Shown here: one piece after another, positions 62,408 through 64,000 of the stretch
Layout of the letters: each line of letters starts with the position of its first letter
Position numbering within the stretch: position 1 is the first letter of the stretch
NCBI RefSeq assembly: GCF_006345805.1
Contig: NC_043020.1
Span: forward strand, 13,578,001-13,642,000
Direction of reading: 5' to 3'
Source of the DNA: Octopus sinensis
Taxonomy: Eukaryota
Length of the DNA stretch: 64,000 nucleotides
Position numbers and translations under genes: made by a program
Notes under the pieces: model-generated
What the model saw: only the letters and a program-made list of their open reading frames with translations
Told to the model about the DNA's origin: nothing
Databases searched by the model: none

Positions 62408-63040
62408 TCATCATCATCATCGTTTAACGTCTGCTTTTCATGCTAGCATGGGTTGGACGGTTCAACTGGGGTCTCGGAAGCCCGAAGGCTGCACCAACCA
62501 GTCTGATCTGGCAGAGTTTCTACAGCTGGATGCCGTTCCTAACGCCAACCACTCTGTGAGTGTAGTGGGTGCTTTTTACGTGCCTCCGACACAGGTGCCA
62601 GACGAGGCTGGCAAACGGCCACGATCGGATGGTGTTTGTTACGTGCCACTGGCATGGAGGCCAGTCGATGCAGTGCTGGCTACGGCCACGTTCGGATGGC
62701 TCTCTTACGTGCCACTGACACTGGTATCACAACTACAAATTCCATTGATGTTGATCAATTTTGAATTTGATTTTTGATTTTCACTTGCCTCAACAGGTCT
62801 TCACAAGTAGAGTTTTGTGTCCCAAGAAGGAAGGTATGCACAGGTGGACTGACTACGTCCCAGGTAGAGGCCACGGGTTATGGCCTCACTTGTCCTGCCG
62901 GGTCTTCTCACGCACAGCATACTTCCAAAGGTCTCGGTCTCTGGTCATTTCCTCAGTGAGACCTAAAGAGCGAAGGTTGTGCTTCACCACCTCATCCCAG
63001 GTTTTCCTGGGTCTACCTCTTCCACAGGTTCCCTCAACAC
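62408..63040 (-). mobile_element. 5'-truncated RTE-clade LINE: last ~50 codons, complete 3' UTR and (GAT)n tail
   Basis: VEGTCGRGRPRKTWDEVVKHNLRSLGLTEEMTRDRDLWKYAVREKTRQDK*; links the abundant 3'-UTR fragments to this LINE. Confidence 0.88.
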
Positions 63041-63339
63041 ACGAATACATGTGTTTATGCATGTGTGTATGTGTGTGTTTACACATGCACACAATGGGCT
63101 CCCTTACAGTTTCTGTTGTCTGGTTTGATTTCACAAAGGCATTTGGCCCAAACAAGACAACTTACGGTGCTCTGCAAGTGAAACGGAACTCAGAATCATT
63201 GACATTACAAAGTGAATACCACATTCACACACCCATACCTTCTAATATACATGTGTGTATGGGTATATACATTGACAAATTCATTTGTGTGTGTAGTGTA
63301 TATAGATGTATGTGAGTATATGTACATATGTAATTGCTA

Positions 63340-63510
63340 TTTATATTATTTTCATTATTATTATTATTACTATTATTATCATTATTATTTTTATTATTAT
63401 CATCATCATCACTGTCATCATCATCATCACCATTATTATTATTATTATATTATTATTATCATCATCACTGTCATCATCATCACCATTATTATTATTATTT
63501 TTATTATTAT
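63340..63510. repeat. (ATT)/(CAT) compound microsatellite
   Basis: Direct reading. Confidence 0.9.
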
Positions 63511-63520
63511 GAGTGAGAGA

Positions 63521-63975
63521 GCAGTTCATGCCATCAAAGTGACACTGGGGTAAAATATACGAAGCCCAATATACCCATCATGACTACCCGTCTGATAAAG
63601 GTACACCAGGCACATGCATCACAACCATATGTGCGCGACATGGTGATCTCATATCAAGATAAACAGCACATGACCTTGCAGGTGGGGCCCAGTTAGAATT
63701 TTCTTCAGGTTGAGTAGCCCATCCCGCTCAAACGGTCCCTGAATAAGGGTTGCTTAAGGATGTTGAAAGAACCACCCATGTTTCCAGAGGTGAACTATTC
63801 AAACCCCAAAGAATCCCTCTCAACACATGGCTATGATGCTCCCCCACTACTTCTGCTCGTGATCAGAGATGCACATATCGTCAGCCACTAAGGGACATGC
63901 TCAACTGGTTAAGGTCAAACAACTGACAAACAAATCTGTGGTATTGAGCAGAATATTTGCTGTAGCCCATATTTT
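63521..63975. mobile_element. Unclassified interspersed repeat
   Basis: Its right end matches the two halves flanking the LINE at 47470-47495 and 47835-47925. Confidence 0.55.
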
Positions 63976-64000
63976 TATACCAAGACAAAACAATGTACAT

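Overview
Eukaryotic, AT-rich, repeat-saturated non-coding DNA. The SINE and LINE families and the microsatellite load suggest a cephalopod (Octopus-like) genome; this is inference from recognised repeat families. No host protein-coding gene, tRNA, rRNA or CRISPR array can be supported. The only convincing protein homologies are truncated non-LTR retrotransposon ends: RTE/RTEX-like, CR1-like and a HERO-like restriction-like endonuclease. The rest is several tRNA-derived SINE families (labelled A, B, D and E here for convenience), RTE 3'-UTR fragments, piggyBac-type and Tc1/mariner-type MITEs, one non-autonomous Helitron, two HINE-like elements and many micro- and minisatellites. Highlights: (i) a 140-bp palindrome containing a type-I minimal hammerhead ribozyme fold; (ii) transposon pieces repeatedly amplified into tandem arrays, one forming a 477-aa ORF with 17 RGRP (AT-hook-like) motifs; (iii) a 49-bp minisatellite built from p53-type decamers; (iv) long fold-back structures. 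Coordinates of degenerate repeats are approximate (about +/-10 bp).
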